Positions 47,137-60,407 of a stretch of DNA of 64,000 nucleotides are shown here, piece after piece (position 1 is the first letter of the stretch; each line of letters opens with the position of its first letter). A program made the translations under genes and the position numbers. The notes beneath the pieces were generated by a model. That model was not told where the DNA came from, did no database searches, and saw only the letters and a program-made list of their open reading frames with translations. The stretch spans positions 154,714-218,713 of the forward strand of contig NZ_JAWKMW010000006.1 of assembly GCF_041392085.1 (NCBI RefSeq). Reading direction: 5' to 3'. This stretch comes from Flavobacterium sp. Its GTDB lineage: Bacteria; Bacteroidota; Bacteroidia; Flavobacteriales; Flavobacteriaceae.

Positions 47137-48267
47137 ATGAAAAAAATAGTTGTTTTGCTTATCTCTGCTTCTTTGTTTATAGCATGTAATAAATTAGGGG
47201 ATAACGAATTTGTTATAAAAGGAAGTGCTGAAGGAATTGAAAACGGGAAATTTATTATTCTTGAAACGCAAGATGAAAATATGAGTTTAAAATCCATAGA
47301 TACAAGCGTAGTTATGGATGGAAAATTTGAGTTTAAAGGCATTTCTAATGAACCGGAGCTTCACTTTTTACAAGTGGAAAATATCCCCGGAAAGGTTGTA
47401 TTTGTTCTAGAAAATGGAGAAATAAATGTTACGGTTTTAAAAGACAGCATCAATAAATCTAAAATTGGGGGTACATTTAATAATGAACAATTCGCAAAGT
47501 ACAATTTAGGACAGACAAAAATTCAGAAGAAAATGGCTGACTACAGAAGTATTAACCAAAGTAAAATGGAAACAGCCGTTCAAGCAAATGATACACTAAC
47601 AGTAAATGCATTACGAGATGGCTTTTTAAAATTAAAAGAAGAAGAGAAAAATTATAATTATACTTTTTGTGAAGAAAATCCAAAAGCCTACATCTGTGTA
47701 TTAATGATTCAAAGTATGCTTTACCAACCTGAAGCTGATTTTGTTAGAATAGAAAAAATATTTAATAATCTAGACAATTCTATTAAGGAAACTAAACCGG
47801 GTAAATCAGTAGGAGAAATGATTAGCAATTCTTCTGCAGCCGAAGTTGGCAAGCAAGCACCGGAATTTTCCGCACCCAATCCGGAAGGAAAGATGGTTTC
47901 ATTAAAAGAGTCTCTAGGAAAAGTTACCATTATTGATTTTTGGGCTTCTTGGTGTGCACCTTGTCGAAAAGAAAATCCAAATGTTGTTGCTTTATATGAC
48001 GAATTTCATGACAAAGGTTTAAATATAATTGGTGTTTCTCTTGACAAAGAAGGTGACGAAAACAAATGGAAAGATGCTATAAAGGCTGATAAACTAACTT
48101 GGACCCAAATTTCTAACCTTCAATATTGGAACGAACCCATAGCAAAAAAATATAATGTGAAAAGTATTCCGGCAACTTTTATTTTAGATGCTTCCGGAAA
48201 AATTGTTGCCAAAGATTTACGAGGTGAAGAATTAAAAGCAAAAGTTATTGAATTATTAGGTTCCTAA
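47137..48267 (+). CDS. TlpA-family thiol-disulfide lipoprotein with DUF4369-like N-terminal domain
   Basis: Lipobox FIAC; IDFWASWCAPCRKENP. Confidence 0.9.
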   Translation: MKKIVVLLISASLFIACNKLGDNEFVIKGSAEGIENGKFIILETQDENMSLKSIDTSVVMDGKFEFKGISNEPELHFLQVENIPGKVVFVLENGEINVTVLKDSINKSKIGGTFNNEQFAKYNLGQTKIQKKMADYRSINQSKMETAVQANDTLTVNALRDGFLKLKEEEKNYNYTFCEENPKAYICVLMIQSMLYQPEADFVRIEKIFNNLDNSIKETKPGKSVGEMISNSSAAEVGKQAPEFSAPNPEGKMVSLKESLGKVTIIDFWASWCAPCRKENPNVVALYDEFHDKGLNIIGVSLDKEGDENKWKDAIKADKLTWTQISNLQYWNEPIAKKYNVKSIPATFILDASGKIVAKDLRGEELKAKVIELLGS

Positions 48268-48370
48268 TTTTTAATAAATAAAGATAAGTAAAGTCCCCAT
48301 ATTGGGGATTTTTTTATTCTACTCATTCCCAAACCCTTATCATTTAAATGGAAATTATAGCGTAAAAAGG

Positions 48371-48401
48371 TTTGCACAATGTAAAAACAATTCTATATTT
48401 G
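48371..48401 (+). promoter_or_regulatory. Canonical Bacteroidota promoter of tRNA-Tyr
   Basis: TTTG 48371-48374, 19 nt, TATATTTG 48394-48401. Confidence 0.85.
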
Positions 48402-48418
48402 CATCCGCATTATGCAGG

Positions 48419-48500
48419 GGGGAGATACTCAAGCGGCCAACGAGGGCGGACTGTAAATCCGCTGATTACATCTTCGCAGGTTCGAATCCTGCTCTCCCCA
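48419..48500 (+). tRNA. tRNA-Tyr(GTA)
   Basis: Acceptor GGGGAGA/TCTCCCC, anticodon arm gcgga-ctGTAaa-tccgc, long variable arm, GGTTCGAATCC; CCA not encoded. Confidence 0.96.
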
Positions 48501-48525
48501 CAAAACAAAAACTCCTGATACGTCA

Positions 48526-48709
48526 AAAGCTCGCTTTTGTAAGTAGTGGGAGTTTTTGTTTTGGGTAAGGTTTCCTCCACTCAGGTTCACCGAAGGTAAT
48601 CCTGTCTCGCCAGCAAATAATGTCCTATGAAAAACCACGAAACCTTACCACAAAATTGAATTGAAGAAAGCTCGCTTTTGTAAGTGTCGGGGATTTTTGT
48701 CTTGGGTAA
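48526..48709 (+). repeat. Imperfect 43-bp direct repeat downstream of tRNA-Tyr
   Basis: aaagctcgcttttgtaagt...ttttgt(t/c)ttgggtaa at 48526-48568 and 48667-48709. Confidence 0.8.
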
Positions 48710-48716
48710 AAAAATA

Positions 48717-48738
48717 GCCCACGGTTTAAACCATGGGC
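48717..48738. repeat. REP-like palindrome or terminator at the end of guaB
   Basis: gcccacggtttaaaccatgggc preceded by an A run. Confidence 0.6.
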
Positions 48739-48764
48739 CTATATTGTATGAATATAATAAAATT

Positions 48765-50237
48765 TTACCTCGAATAATTCGGAGCTTCCTTCGTAATCGT
48801 CACATTATGAGGATGGCTTTCCCCTATTCCACTGGCTGTTATTCGCACGAACCTTCCCGTTTCTTTTAAAGTCGGAATATCTTTGGCTCCGCAATAGCCC
48901 ATACCGGCACGAAGACCGCCAATGAATTGTTGCATACTTTCGTTTAATTCACCTTTGTATGGAACTCGGCCCACTATTCCTTCCGGAACTAATTTTTTCA
49001 CATCATCTTCTACATCTTGAAAATAACGGTCTTTGGAACCTTCTTGCATTGCTTCCACCGAACCCATTCCCCGGTAGGATTTGAATTTTCTTCCTTCAAA
49101 AATAATGGTTTCACCCGGCGATTCTTTTGTTCCGGCTAATAAGGAACCTAACATCACACAATCCGCTCCGGCTGCAATCGCTTTCGGAATATCTCCGGTA
49201 TAGCGAATTCCACCATCCGCAATCACCGGAACGCCAGTATCTTTAATCGCTGCAGCCACTTCCAACACCGCAGAAAACTGTGGAAAACCAACTCCGGCTA
49301 CTACACGAGTTGTACAAATAGAACCTGGTCCGATTCCGACTTTCACAGCATCGGCTCCGTTTTCTACTAAATATAAAGCGGCTTCAGGTGTCGCAATATT
49401 TCCAACCACCACATCCAAATTGGGAAACTTGGCTTTTACTTGCTTTAAAACCGTTACAACGCCTTGTGTATGTCCGTGAGCTGTATCGATTATGACCGCA
49501 TCTACACCTGCATTTACCAAAGCGGTGGCACGTTCTAACGCATCAGCCGTTACGCCAAGAGCAGCCGCCACACGCAAACGTCCGAATTTATCTTTATTGG
49601 CAATCGGTTTTTGGGTTAATTTTGTAATATCCCGAAAGGTAATCAATCCAATCAATTTGTAGTCTTTATCAATCACTGGAAGTTTTTCGATTTTGTTTTC
49701 TTGCAAAATTCCTTCTGCTTGCTGTAAAGTCGTACCTTCTTCGGCTGTAATTAAATTTTCTGAGGTCATGACTTCCAAAATCGAACGTGAATTTATTTTT
49801 TCGAAACGTAAATCACGGTTGGTTACAATACCTTTTAAAATTCCGTTTTCATCCACCACGGGAATTCCACCAATACTAAATTCACGCATCGCTGCTTTTG
49901 CATCGCCAACTGTTGCGGTTAATGGTAACGTTACTGGGTCTAAAATCATTCCTGCCTCCGCTCGTTTCACTTTTCTGACTTTTGTGGCTTGTTGCTCAAT
50001 GGACATATTTTTATGCAAAACACCTATACCTCCCTCTTGAGCCATTGCAATTGCCATAGAACTTTCGGTCACTGTATCCATTGCAGCAGAGGCAATTGGA
50101 ACATTCAGTGTTATATTTCGAGAAAATTTAGATTGAATACTTACTTCGCGGGGTAAAACTTCAGAGTAGTTGGGAATCAGCAGAACATCATCGTAAGTTA
50201 ATCCTTCGCCGATGATTTTAGTTGTGTGTGCTTTCAT
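48765..50237 (-). CDS. guaB: IMP dehydrogenase
   Basis: [11 protein letters not shown] pair, [17 protein letters not shown]. Confidence 0.98.
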   Translation of the reverse strand: MKAHTTKIIGEGLTYDDVLLIPNYSEVLPREVSIQSKFSRNITLNVPIASAAMDTVTESSMAIAMAQEGGIGVLHKNMSIEQQATKVRKVKRAEAGMILDPVTLPLTATVGDAKAAMREFSIGGIPVVDENGILKGIVTNRDLRFEKINSRSILEVMTSENLITAEEGTTLQQAEGILQENKIEKLPVIDKDYKLIGLITFRDITKLTQKPIANKDKFGRLRVAAALGVTADALERATALVNAGVDAVIIDTAHGHTQGVVTVLKQVKAKFPNLDVVVGNIATPEAALYLVENGADAVKVGIGPGSICTTRVVAGVGFPQFSAVLEVAAAIKDTGVPVIADGGIRYTGDIPKAIAAGADCVMLGSLLAGTKESPGETIIFEGRKFKSYRGMGSVEAMQEGSKDRYFQDVEDDVKKLVPEGIVGRVPYKGELNESMQQFIGGLRAGMGYCGAKDIPTLKETGRFVRITASGIGESHPHNVTITKEAPNYSR

Positions 50238-50302
50238 GGTTGCAATTTGTAGTTAAATTGCGTGCAAATATACAAAATTTAACGATACAAAATACGAATG
50301 AA

Positions 50303-53012
<2,710 letters not shown>

Positions 53013-53014
<2 letters not shown>

Positions 53015-53489
53015 ACTTTGCGTTTACAATATTATCAATTTGTTGGTATAATTGTCCGTCACTTAAAATCGCTCCTTGTTGGATAATGTCAAATATAGCG
53101 GCATTGCGTTCGCCTTGGTATTCTTTTTTGCCAACGTGAATATCAATCGCATCGGTAAATAAATTATTCACCATCCATTCCAATCCTTTGGAAGTCATAA
53201 AATCAACTTCAGGTTCCAATGTTTTCAATACAATCGATCTTACTTCGGTATCCAAACAATTAAAAAGGAAAATATGATTTTTTGAAAAATGTTCTACGTA
53301 TTTAGTTTGTACTAAAACGCCTTCCCAAATCAAATCTGAAAACACATCGAGCTCTTGTTCGGCTACTTCGGGTTTGTTAGTTTTTAAGTCATCCCATTCC
53401 TTTTTATCAATGGATTGTGTGGCTAAAAAGTTAGCAAATTCATGGTGTAAGGCTTCGAATTGTTCTTTAGTTAGTCTGGTGTATTTCAT
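53013..53489 (-). CDS. Conserved Bacteroidota protein (DUF6495-like)
   Basis: MKYTRLTKEQFEALHHEFANFLATQSI...FSDLIWEGVL. Confidence 0.75.
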
Positions 53490-53497
53490 TTTTTTTC

Positions 53498-53599
53498 TGA
53501 GTTGCTAAGTCGCTGAGATTCTGAGTTGCTGAGAAACTAAGAAGCTTAGTTTTTAATTTTTCATTATTTTATAAGATCCCTCCTGCGTCGGGATGACAA
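53498..53599. repeat. 8-nt repeat array followed by a REP-like hairpin
   Basis: tgagttgc-taagtcgc-tgagattc-tgagttgc-tgagaaac-taagaagc; agatccctcctgcgtcgggatgacaa at 53574-53599. Confidence 0.7.
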
Positions 53600-53667
53600 G
53601 GTTAGGGAAATATTTTCTGTTAAAAACCATTTGCCCATAATCTTTTAAACTATTAAACCTTTAAACT

Positions 53668-55992
53668 TTATCCAATCACATCTAGTTTCGCAAACCTAAG
53701 CAACAACTTTTTTATCCCACCCACATCAAATTTTATTTCTGCTTTTTTGTCTGCTCCTACTCCTTCAATGCTTAACACTTCACCTTTTCCAAAACGTTCG
53801 TGCATTACAATATTTCCTGAAATAAGTCCCGAATCAAATAAATTGTTTGTTGATGGAGATTTACCGGCAACAGGTTTTAATTTACGTAGAGTTGACGAAG
53901 GTTCTTCACCATATCGTTTAGGTGGTGTTCCGTTGGTGGGTTTCGCTAATCGCAATTTTGATTTGTCCACATCGCCAAAAATATCATTGTCAATCATTGG
54001 TTTATAGCGATAACCGGTTTCAACCGGACTCACGTATTCCAAAAATTTGTCGTCAATTTCTTCAATGAAACGTGAAGGTTCACTATCCATCAGTTTTCCC
54101 CAACGGTAACGGGATTGAGCATAAGTCAAATAAGCCTGATGTTCTGCACGGGTCAAGGCTACATAAAATAAACGACGTTCTTCTTCCAGTTCACTTCGGG
54201 TATTTAAACTCATCGCACTAGGAAACAAATCCTCTTCCATTCCTACAATAAAAACCGTAGGAAATTCTAATCCTTTGGCCAAATGAATGGTCATTAACGC
54301 CACACGGTCGTCATCGCCGGTATCTTTATCTAAATCGGTTGCCAAGGCTACGTCTTCTAAAAACTCGGATAGAGCTCCGCGTGCACCATCAATTTCTTTT
54401 TGCCCTTCGATAAAATCTTTGATACCGTTAAGCAATTCTTCAATATTTTCAATGCGTTGAATCCCTTCAGGTGTGCCATCCTTCTTTAATTCCTGAATTA
54501 GTCCTGTTTTTTTGGTCACATGTTCTGCTAAATAAAAAGCATCTTGGTTTTCGTTGATGACCTGAAAACTTTTAATCATCATTACAAAATCTTCTAGTTT
54601 TTGCTTGGTTCCGGAGTTGAGCTTGAGGTCAATCTTATCTATATTTTCCATGACTTCAAAAATGGAACGTTTGTAATGATTGGCCGCCACTGTTAATTTT
54701 TCAACAGTAGAATCCCCAATTCCACGTGCGGGATAATTGATGACCCGAACCAAGGCTTCTTCGTCTTTTGGGTTGATGATTAATCGCAAATAACTCAACA
54801 CATCTTTAATTTCTTTGCGTTGATAAAACGATAATCCACCATAAATTCGGTACGGAATGTCTCGTTTTCGCAAGGCATCTTCCATCGCACGAGATTGAGC
54901 ATTGGTACGATATAAAACGGCAAACTCACCGTTTTTCATTTGGTTTCGCATCTTTTCTTCAAAAATGGTGGAAGCCACAAATCGCCCCTCTTCCCCATCG
55001 GTAATGCTACGATTGACCTTTATTTTAGGTCCGTCTTGGTTGTGAGTCCAAACCACTTTGTCGAGTTTGGTCTTATTTTTATCGATGATTGAATTAGCAG
55101 CTTGTACAATATTTTTGGTCGATCGGTAATTTTGTTCTAAACGAAAAGTTTGCACATCAGCGTAATCTTTTTGGAAATTCAGAATATTATTAATGTTAGC
55201 TCCACGAAAGGCATAGATACTTTGAGCATCATCACCTACTACACAAATATTTTGAAAGCGATCAGACAAAGCACGGACAATTAAATATTGTGAATGATTG
55301 GTATCTTGGTACTCATCGACCATAATGTAACGAAATCTATCTTGGTATTTAGCCAAAACATCCGGAAAACGACTGAGTAACTCATTTGTTTTGAGTAATA
55401 AATCATCAAAATCCATCGCTCCAGATTTGAAACAACGCTCTACATAATTATTATAAATTTCTCCCAATCTCGGTTTTTTACTCATAGCATCTTGTTCCAT
55501 TAATTCCGGATTGTTGAAGTAAGCTTTGACGGTGATTAATGAATTTTTATACGAAGAAATCCTGCCCAACAATTGCTTGGGTTTGTAAATGTCTTTGTCG
55601 AGTTGCATTTCTTTGATGATGGCACCAATTAACCTCACACTGTCTTGGGTATCATATATAGTAAAATTACTCGGATAGCCTAATTTCTCCGATTCAATGC
55701 GAAGAATTTTGGCAAATACGGAGTGAAAAGTTCCCATCCAAAGGTTTTTTGCTTCGTTACTGCCAACGATATCAGAGATACGTTTTTTCATTTCACGAGC
55801 GGCTTTGTTGGTAAATGTTAAGGCCAAAATATTAAATGCATCTACACCTAAACTCATTAAATAGGCAATACGCATGGTCAACACACGCGTTTTTCCGGAA
55901 CCAGCTCCGGCAATCACAATCATTGGCCCGTCTTTTTGAAGTACCGGTGCTCGTTGGGCATCGTTGAGTTGATTGATATATTCTTGTATCAT
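53668..55992 (-). CDS. UvrD/PcrA family ATP-dependent DNA helicase
   Basis: AGAGSGKT, VDEYQD, LEQNYRS, TIHLAKGLEF, YVALTRA, C-terminal Tudor-like domain. Likely start 55992. Confidence 0.95.
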   Translation of the reverse strand: MIQEYINQLNDAQRAPVLQKDGPMIVIAGAGSGKTRVLTMRIAYLMSLGVDAFNILALTFTNKAAREMKKRISDIVGSNEAKNLWMGTFHSVFAKILRIESEKLGYPSNFTIYDTQDSVRLIGAIIKEMQLDKDIYKPKQLLGRISSYKNSLITVKAYFNNPELMEQDAMSKKPRLGEIYNNYVERCFKSGAMDFDDLLLKTNELLSRFPDVLAKYQDRFRYIMVDEYQDTNHSQYLIVRALSDRFQNICVVGDDAQSIYAFRGANINNILNFQKDYADVQTFRLEQNYRSTKNIVQAANSIIDKNKTKLDKVVWTHNQDGPKIKVNRSITDGEEGRFVASTIFEEKMRNQMKNGEFAVLYRTNAQSRAMEDALRKRDIPYRIYGGLSFYQRKEIKDVLSYLRLIINPKDEEALVRVINYPARGIGDSTVEKLTVAANHYKRSIFEVMENIDKIDLKLNSGTKQKLEDFVMMIKSFQVINENQDAFYLAEHVTKKTGLIQELKKDGTPEGIQRIENIEELLNGIKDFIEGQKEIDGARGALSEFLEDVALATDLDKDTGDDDRVALMTIHLAKGLEFPTVFIVGMEEDLFPSAMSLNTRSELEEERRLFYVALTRAEHQAYLTYAQSRYRWGKLMDSEPSRFIEEIDDKFLEYVSPVETGYRYKPMIDNDIFGDVDKSKLRLAKPTNGTPPKRYGEEPSSTLRKLKPVAGKSPSTNNLFDSGLISGNIVMHERFGKGEVLSIEGVGADKKAEIKFDVGGIKKLLLRFAKLDVIG

Positions 55993-56162
55993 AGTATTTA
56001 TAGCAAATTTCAAAAATAAGCTTACTTGTGATTTATTACAATTAAAATTATTACGATTTATCAACTAAAATTCTATTTTTGTAGTTATGAAAATGTGCAC
56101 TTGATGCATACAAAATTTTCTATCGGAATGCAGTAACAGCTCCAAATCATAAAACTAATAAT

Positions 56163-56687
56163 ATGGAATCAATTAAATGGATTGAACTTTTGTCGTACAC
56201 TCTGCCGGCGATAATAACCGGAATTGTGGCTTATTCATTTTTTCATTTGCATCATAAAGGTCTGGAAGACAGACGAAAACATTTGATGCGAAAGGCGTTG
56301 CAAAAGGAGTCGTTGCCAATTCGTTTGCAGGCGTACGAGCGAATGGTTTTGTATTTGGAACGAATCAATCCGGCAAAATTATTGATTCGTGTGGCTCCGC
56401 TTTCGGATGATAAAAATGCATATGAGAATTTATTAATTCAGCAAATTGAACAAGAATTTGAGCATAATTTGACGCAACAAATTTATATTACAGAGGAATG
56501 TTGGACGGTGATTACCACCGCAAAAAACACTATCATTCAGTCGATTAGAAAGTCGAATATGAGTGACCGCGTGGATACTTCGCACAAGTTGAGAGAAGTG
56601 ATTTTAAGTGATTTATTAGACAAACAATCACCTAGTTATGTGGCAATTAGTTATTTGAAATTTGAGGTAATTCAAATGATAAGTTAG
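56163..56687 (+). CDS. Conserved hypothetical membrane-anchored protein
   Basis: N-terminal TM; LPIRLQAYERMVLYLERI, EFEHNLTQQIY. Confidence 0.75.
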   Translation: MESIKWIELLSYTLPAIITGIVAYSFFHLHHKGLEDRRKHLMRKALQKESLPIRLQAYERMVLYLERINPAKLLIRVAPLSDDKNAYENLLIQQIEQEFEHNLTQQIYITEECWTVITTAKNTIIQSIRKSNMSDRVDTSHKLREVILSDLLDKQSPSYVAISYLKFEVIQMIS

Positions 56688-58756
56688 TTTTCGAGTAATC
56701 GCTTTAACTGATTTTGTTCTGCGGAATTTAATGTCTGCAAAATCTCCTGAAAGTACTTTCTGTGTCGCTCAGTTTTGATTAATTCCCGAATTTGATTGCG
56801 TGCAAAAAGGGTGAATTGCCATTTGTGATGCGTAGTGGCGTTGACCAAATTTTGAAGAATGTTTTGGTCGTTTGGATTCAGGTAAAGTAAATTGGTTAGT
56901 GCATTTTGGCGGATTGAACTTTCGTATTTTGGAGAAGAATAATCTAATAACTCATCATAAAAATTTACTTTATTATTCACTTCGTAACCTTCTGAAATCA
57001 AGGCCAATGTGAGCCATAAAATTCGTAAATTTTTATCGTTAAATCCGACCCAGTTTTTGGATAAATTGAGGTAATATTCTTGTCGTTCGGGAAATAATTT
57101 CCATAACGTTCCCAATGCGATTTCTTTAGTAATATAAGAATCATCGTTGAGCAACGTTTCGTATTCCGACTGAAAATTGCGTGGAATTTCAATCATAATT
57201 CGCGAAACTGACTGACGCACTTTGGTATTTTTGGAAGCCAAAGCGAGGTTTAGCAATTCTTCCTTCTCTTCAAAAGGAATTTCAGCCAATTGAAAAATCA
57301 CTTCTTCTTTGATAGGATAAAAATTGTTACTTTTTAAAATGGTTTCAAACAAGGCTGCTTTTTCCACAAACGGTTTGGGTTGTTGTTCGATCAATTCTAA
57401 ATATGATTTTATGAAACTGTTTTTCTTTAGCAAATCCAGTGCTTGATTGACTTCAAATCCTGATTTCTCAAGCCAATTTAGTTGAAAATTTGCTGTATCA
57501 AAATTGGAAACTGCGTTAACTTCTTTAAGAAAATGAGTTGTATTAACGTTTTTAAAGCCATATTTTTTCAAGTAATTTTTGACAGCTTTTTGAAAGTTTT
57601 CTGCTCCGATACTTTCTCTTAAAAAGTGCAAAGCCCAAGCTCCTTTTTGATAAAATGTAAGCGAACTTGCTTTTTCATTCAATAACGGAATCGTATCGGT
57701 TTTAGAAGCTTGTTGCAAACGCTCGGCCATTTCATACAATTCCCATTGAAAATAATCGTCGCCAAAAAGTTCTTTCTCTGCCAACAAAGCATAGTAGGTT
57801 GCGAAACCTTCTTGCAACCAATGGTGTTTACCGGTTTCGGCGGTAATCAGATTACCAAACCATTGGTGAGCCAGTTCGTGTGCGTTGACGTTAATATAAG
57901 TTTTATCGTTAAACCCGATTTCATCCACCACAAAATCTTGTGAAAAAATGGTAGAAGTGGTGTTTTCCATTCCGGAATACAAAAAATCACGAACAGCAAC
58001 TTGGCGGTAAACTTCCCAAGGATACTTCACACCTATTTCTTGTTCAAAAAAGTTGAAAATTTGGGTGGTGTATTTGTACGTTGTTTCAAATTTATTTACA
58101 TCTTTTTCATCTAAATAAAATTCTAATGGCGTTCCCGATTTAGTTTTGGCTGTTTGCTTGGCGAATTTTCCGATGGCCATCATCACTAAATAAGATGACA
58201 TTGGTTTTTTCATTTTATAGTGCCAAATTTTATTTGGATTTGAAAGTGAAGGGTAAATCGTTGTTTCGTCTAGTTTTCCATTAGAAAGAACTTCAAATGA
58301 TGAATCAAATTCTAATGATAAATTAAAGATAACTTTTTCATTTACATCATCAAAACTGGGTAACCAATGGCTGGTGAATTTTCCTTGACCTTGTGTCCAA
58401 ATTTGTAAATTTTCTCCTTCTCCGATAAAATAAAGCGTTTGTTTGGGAATAGCTTTGTAGTTAAAAGTCAGCGTGTTTTTACCTTTTTTAAATCCTTCAA
58501 ATAATTGTAGAGCTTTTTGAGAATTTTTAAAATTTACGGTTTTACCGTTGATTTTTACGTTAGAAAAACCCATTCGAATCGCATCAATAGTAATGGTATC
58601 GATGGAAGACAGAACCTGAAATTCATACTTTACTTCTCCTGAAATTGATTTTTCAATCGGATTCGGAAGTAAAGTCGCGTGTAACGTTTTAAAATCAACT
58701 TTTTGAGATTGTTGAGCGAAGGAGATGGAGAAAAAAAGTAAAAAAAAGTATCGCAT
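56684..58756 (-). CDS. M1 family metalloaminopeptidase
   Basis: SGMEN, HELAHQWFG-WLQEGFA, YQKGA. Likely start 58756. Confidence 0.93.
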   Translation of the reverse strand: MRYFFLLFFSISFAQQSQKVDFKTLHATLLPNPIEKSISGEVKYEFQVLSSIDTITIDAIRMGFSNVKINGKTVNFKNSQKALQLFEGFKKGKNTLTFNYKAIPKQTLYFIGEGENLQIWTQGQGKFTSHWLPSFDDVNEKVIFNLSLEFDSSFEVLSNGKLDETTIYPSLSNPNKIWHYKMKKPMSSYLVMMAIGKFAKQTAKTKSGTPLEFYLDEKDVNKFETTYKYTTQIFNFFEQEIGVKYPWEVYRQVAVRDFLYSGMENTTSTIFSQDFVVDEIGFNDKTYINVNAHELAHQWFGNLITAETGKHHWLQEGFATYYALLAEKELFGDDYFQWELYEMAERLQQASKTDTIPLLNEKASSLTFYQKGAWALHFLRESIGAENFQKAVKNYLKKYGFKNVNTTHFLKEVNAVSNFDTANFQLNWLEKSGFEVNQALDLLKKNSFIKSYLELIEQQPKPFVEKAALFETILKSNNFYPIKEEVIFQLAEIPFEEKEELLNLALASKNTKVRQSVSRIMIEIPRNFQSEYETLLNDDSYITKEIALGTLWKLFPERQEYYLNLSKNWVGFNDKNLRILWLTLALISEGYEVNNKVNFYDELLDYSSPKYESSIRQNALTNLLYLNPNDQNILQNLVNATTHHKWQFTLFARNQIRELIKTERHRKYFQEILQTLNSAEQNQLKRLLEN

Positions 58757-58870
58757 GAAATCTTTGAATGAATAACAAAGATACATAGTTTCGATTTGAC
58801 GAATCTGGAAATAGTTAATTTATTTAGATTTATAAAAATCTATTTTACGTTTATCATGTAGTTTAAAAAA

Positions 58871-58898
58871 AAAACACCAACCGGCACAGTTGGTGTTT
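58871..58898 (-). terminator. Intrinsic terminator
   Basis: aaacaccaac-loop-gttggtgttt with an A run on the left. Confidence 0.8.
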
Positions 58899-58922
58899 CA
58901 ACTTAACAAACTAACTAGAAAT

Positions 58923-59216
58923 CTATTGCGAATAATAGATTCTGTTTATCGGTATAATTGCTCCTTTTTTCAAAATCACTTTATCGTCAGTAATTCCCCA
59001 AATAGTAGTTTCTACAACACGTTTGGACAAATCATCTTCAAAGTAAATTTTGGTTTTAATATGCTCTAGATTACCCAATGCTAATGCTCTTGAGAGTCCT
59101 GCTATTCTGGTTCTTTTTAATTGCTTATCTTCCAAAACATCTATTTGCGGAAAATGCAAAGAATGAATTATTTCTTTCTCGATTGGTTCAAAGAAAGAGG
59201 TAACTGTTTCTATCAT
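58923..59216 (-). CDS. Hypothetical protein, tandem paralog B
   Basis: Shares FP..DVL, GNL, KIYFED.LSK.VVE and IPINRIY with its upstream neighbour. Confidence 0.8.
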   Translation of the reverse strand: MIETVTSFFEPIEKEIIHSLHFPQIDVLEDKQLKRTRIAGLSRALALGNLEHIKTKIYFEDDLSKRVVETTIWGITDDKVILKKGAIIPINRIYYSQ

Positions 59217-59228
59217 AAATAGTATAAT

Positions 59229-59522
59229 TTAATTATAAAACTTGAAGGTCCTATAAATTCTATTAATCGGAATACCTATACCTTGGGTTAAAATTACACG
59301 GTTCTTTGTTACACCGCATACTTTAGCCTCAACAACCTTTTTAGAGAGATTGTCTTCAAAATAAATTTTAATCTTAAAATAATCGAGATTACCGAATGTT
59401 AAGGCCATTTTTAACTCTGCGAGTCGCTGATGAATTGCTTCGTTTCTACTTAAAACATCGGATTTCGGAAACACGAGTGAAGAAATTTTCTCGTTTTCGA
59501 TGGATTCATAAATAGTAGCCAT
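59229..59522 (-). CDS. Hypothetical protein, tandem paralog A
   Basis: Likely start ATG 59522, downstream of TAAATTTG (59569-59562); same motifs as paralog B. Confidence 0.8.
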   Translation of the reverse strand: MATIYESIENEKISSLVFPKSDVLSRNEAIHQRLAELKMALTFGNLDYFKIKIYFEDNLSKKVVEAKVCGVTKNRVILTQGIGIPINRIYRTFKFYN

Positions 59523-59671
59523 AAATAGACAATTTAGGTTAATAATAGATTTAAGGGGACTCAAATTTAACATAATTTTTTAAAAAACAATATTTTTATC
59601 GATTTTTTTTTGAATATTTTTTAAAAAGAGTAAAATTTAAATAAAAAAATTGGCTTAGTTTAGGTAAAAAA

Positions 59672-59704
59672 AAAAATCTCTTGAGCTAAGCTCAAGAGAT
59701 TTTT
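59672..59704 (-). terminator. Terminator after tRNA-Pro
   Basis: aaaaatctcttgagc-taa-gctcaagagattttt. Confidence 0.88.
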
Positions 59705-59705
59705 G

Positions 59706-59779
59706 TCGGGATGACTGGATTCGAACCAGCGACCCCTAGCACCCCATGCTAGTACGCTACCAGGCTGCGCTACATCCCG
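59706..59779 (-). tRNA. tRNA-Pro(GGG)
   Basis: CGGGATG/CATCCCG acceptor, ctagc-atGGGgt-gctag, GGTTCGAATCC; promoter TTTG-N20-TACTTTTG at 59822-59791. Confidence 0.96.
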
Positions 59780-59872
59780 AAAAGTGATGGCAAAAGTAAT
59801 GGTTTGAAAATAATATCCCAAAAATAATGATGTAGAAATTTTCAAATTTATACTTTTATAAAAAAGTATTTC

Positions 59873-60358
59873 ATGAAAACCATTCTATTTTATTTATTAC
59901 TACTTGTTTTTCAACAAACTACAGCACAATCCGAGGTTACTACACTTTACCTTATTCGTCATGCTGAAAAAGTCGATAATTCTAATGATCCGGAACTTTC
60001 GGAAGAAGGAATCAAGAGAGCTGTTCGTTGGACAAAACTTTTTGAAAAAAAATCAATTGATATCTTTTATACCACGCTCACCAAAAGAACTCAAATGACA
60101 TGCAGTACCATTGCTACTTCCAAACAAAAAAATGTTCTTTTTTATGATGCTAAAAAATTCTCATTAAAAGAAACTATTGAAAAGCACCGCGGTAAAACCA
60201 TTTTAATCGTTGGGCACAGTAATACGATTCCAAATCAAATAAATATTCTATTAAATGATGAAATTTACTTGCAAATGAATGAAAATGAATTTGAGAATCT
60301 GTATACAATTACTGTTATTGCTGATAAAATTGAACATAAACTTACGCATCATAAATAA
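59873..60358 (+). CDS. Secreted histidine phosphatase family protein
   Basis: Signal peptide; LIRHAEK, RTQMT, IVGHSNT. Confidence 0.88.
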   Translation: MKTILFYLLLLVFQQTTAQSEVTTLYLIRHAEKVDNSNDPELSEEGIKRAVRWTKLFEKKSIDIFYTTLTKRTQMTCSTIATSKQKNVLFYDAKKFSLKETIEKHRGKTILIVGHSNTIPNQINILLNDEIYLQMNENEFENLYTITVIADKIEHKLTHHK

Positions 60359-60383
60359 AAAAAGCCTCAATTGAGAGGCTTTT
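60357..60383. terminator. Bidirectional terminator
   Basis: aaaagcctc-aattga-gaggctttt between convergent genes. Confidence 0.8.
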
Positions 60384-60407
60384 CAAACATTTTTCGAATC
60401 AGTTTTT

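Noticed and set aside
2340-48500. Integrative element anchored at tRNA-Tyr
   Set aside because: No integrase or transposase, no att repeat found at the left end, and the module lies 5' of the tRNA beyond ordinary-looking genes.
48302-48869. Short ORFs around tRNA-Tyr
   Set aside because: They overlap the tRNA, its promoter and repeats.
59660-59845. 61-aa ORF over tRNA-Pro
   Set aside because: It is a translation of the tRNA gene.
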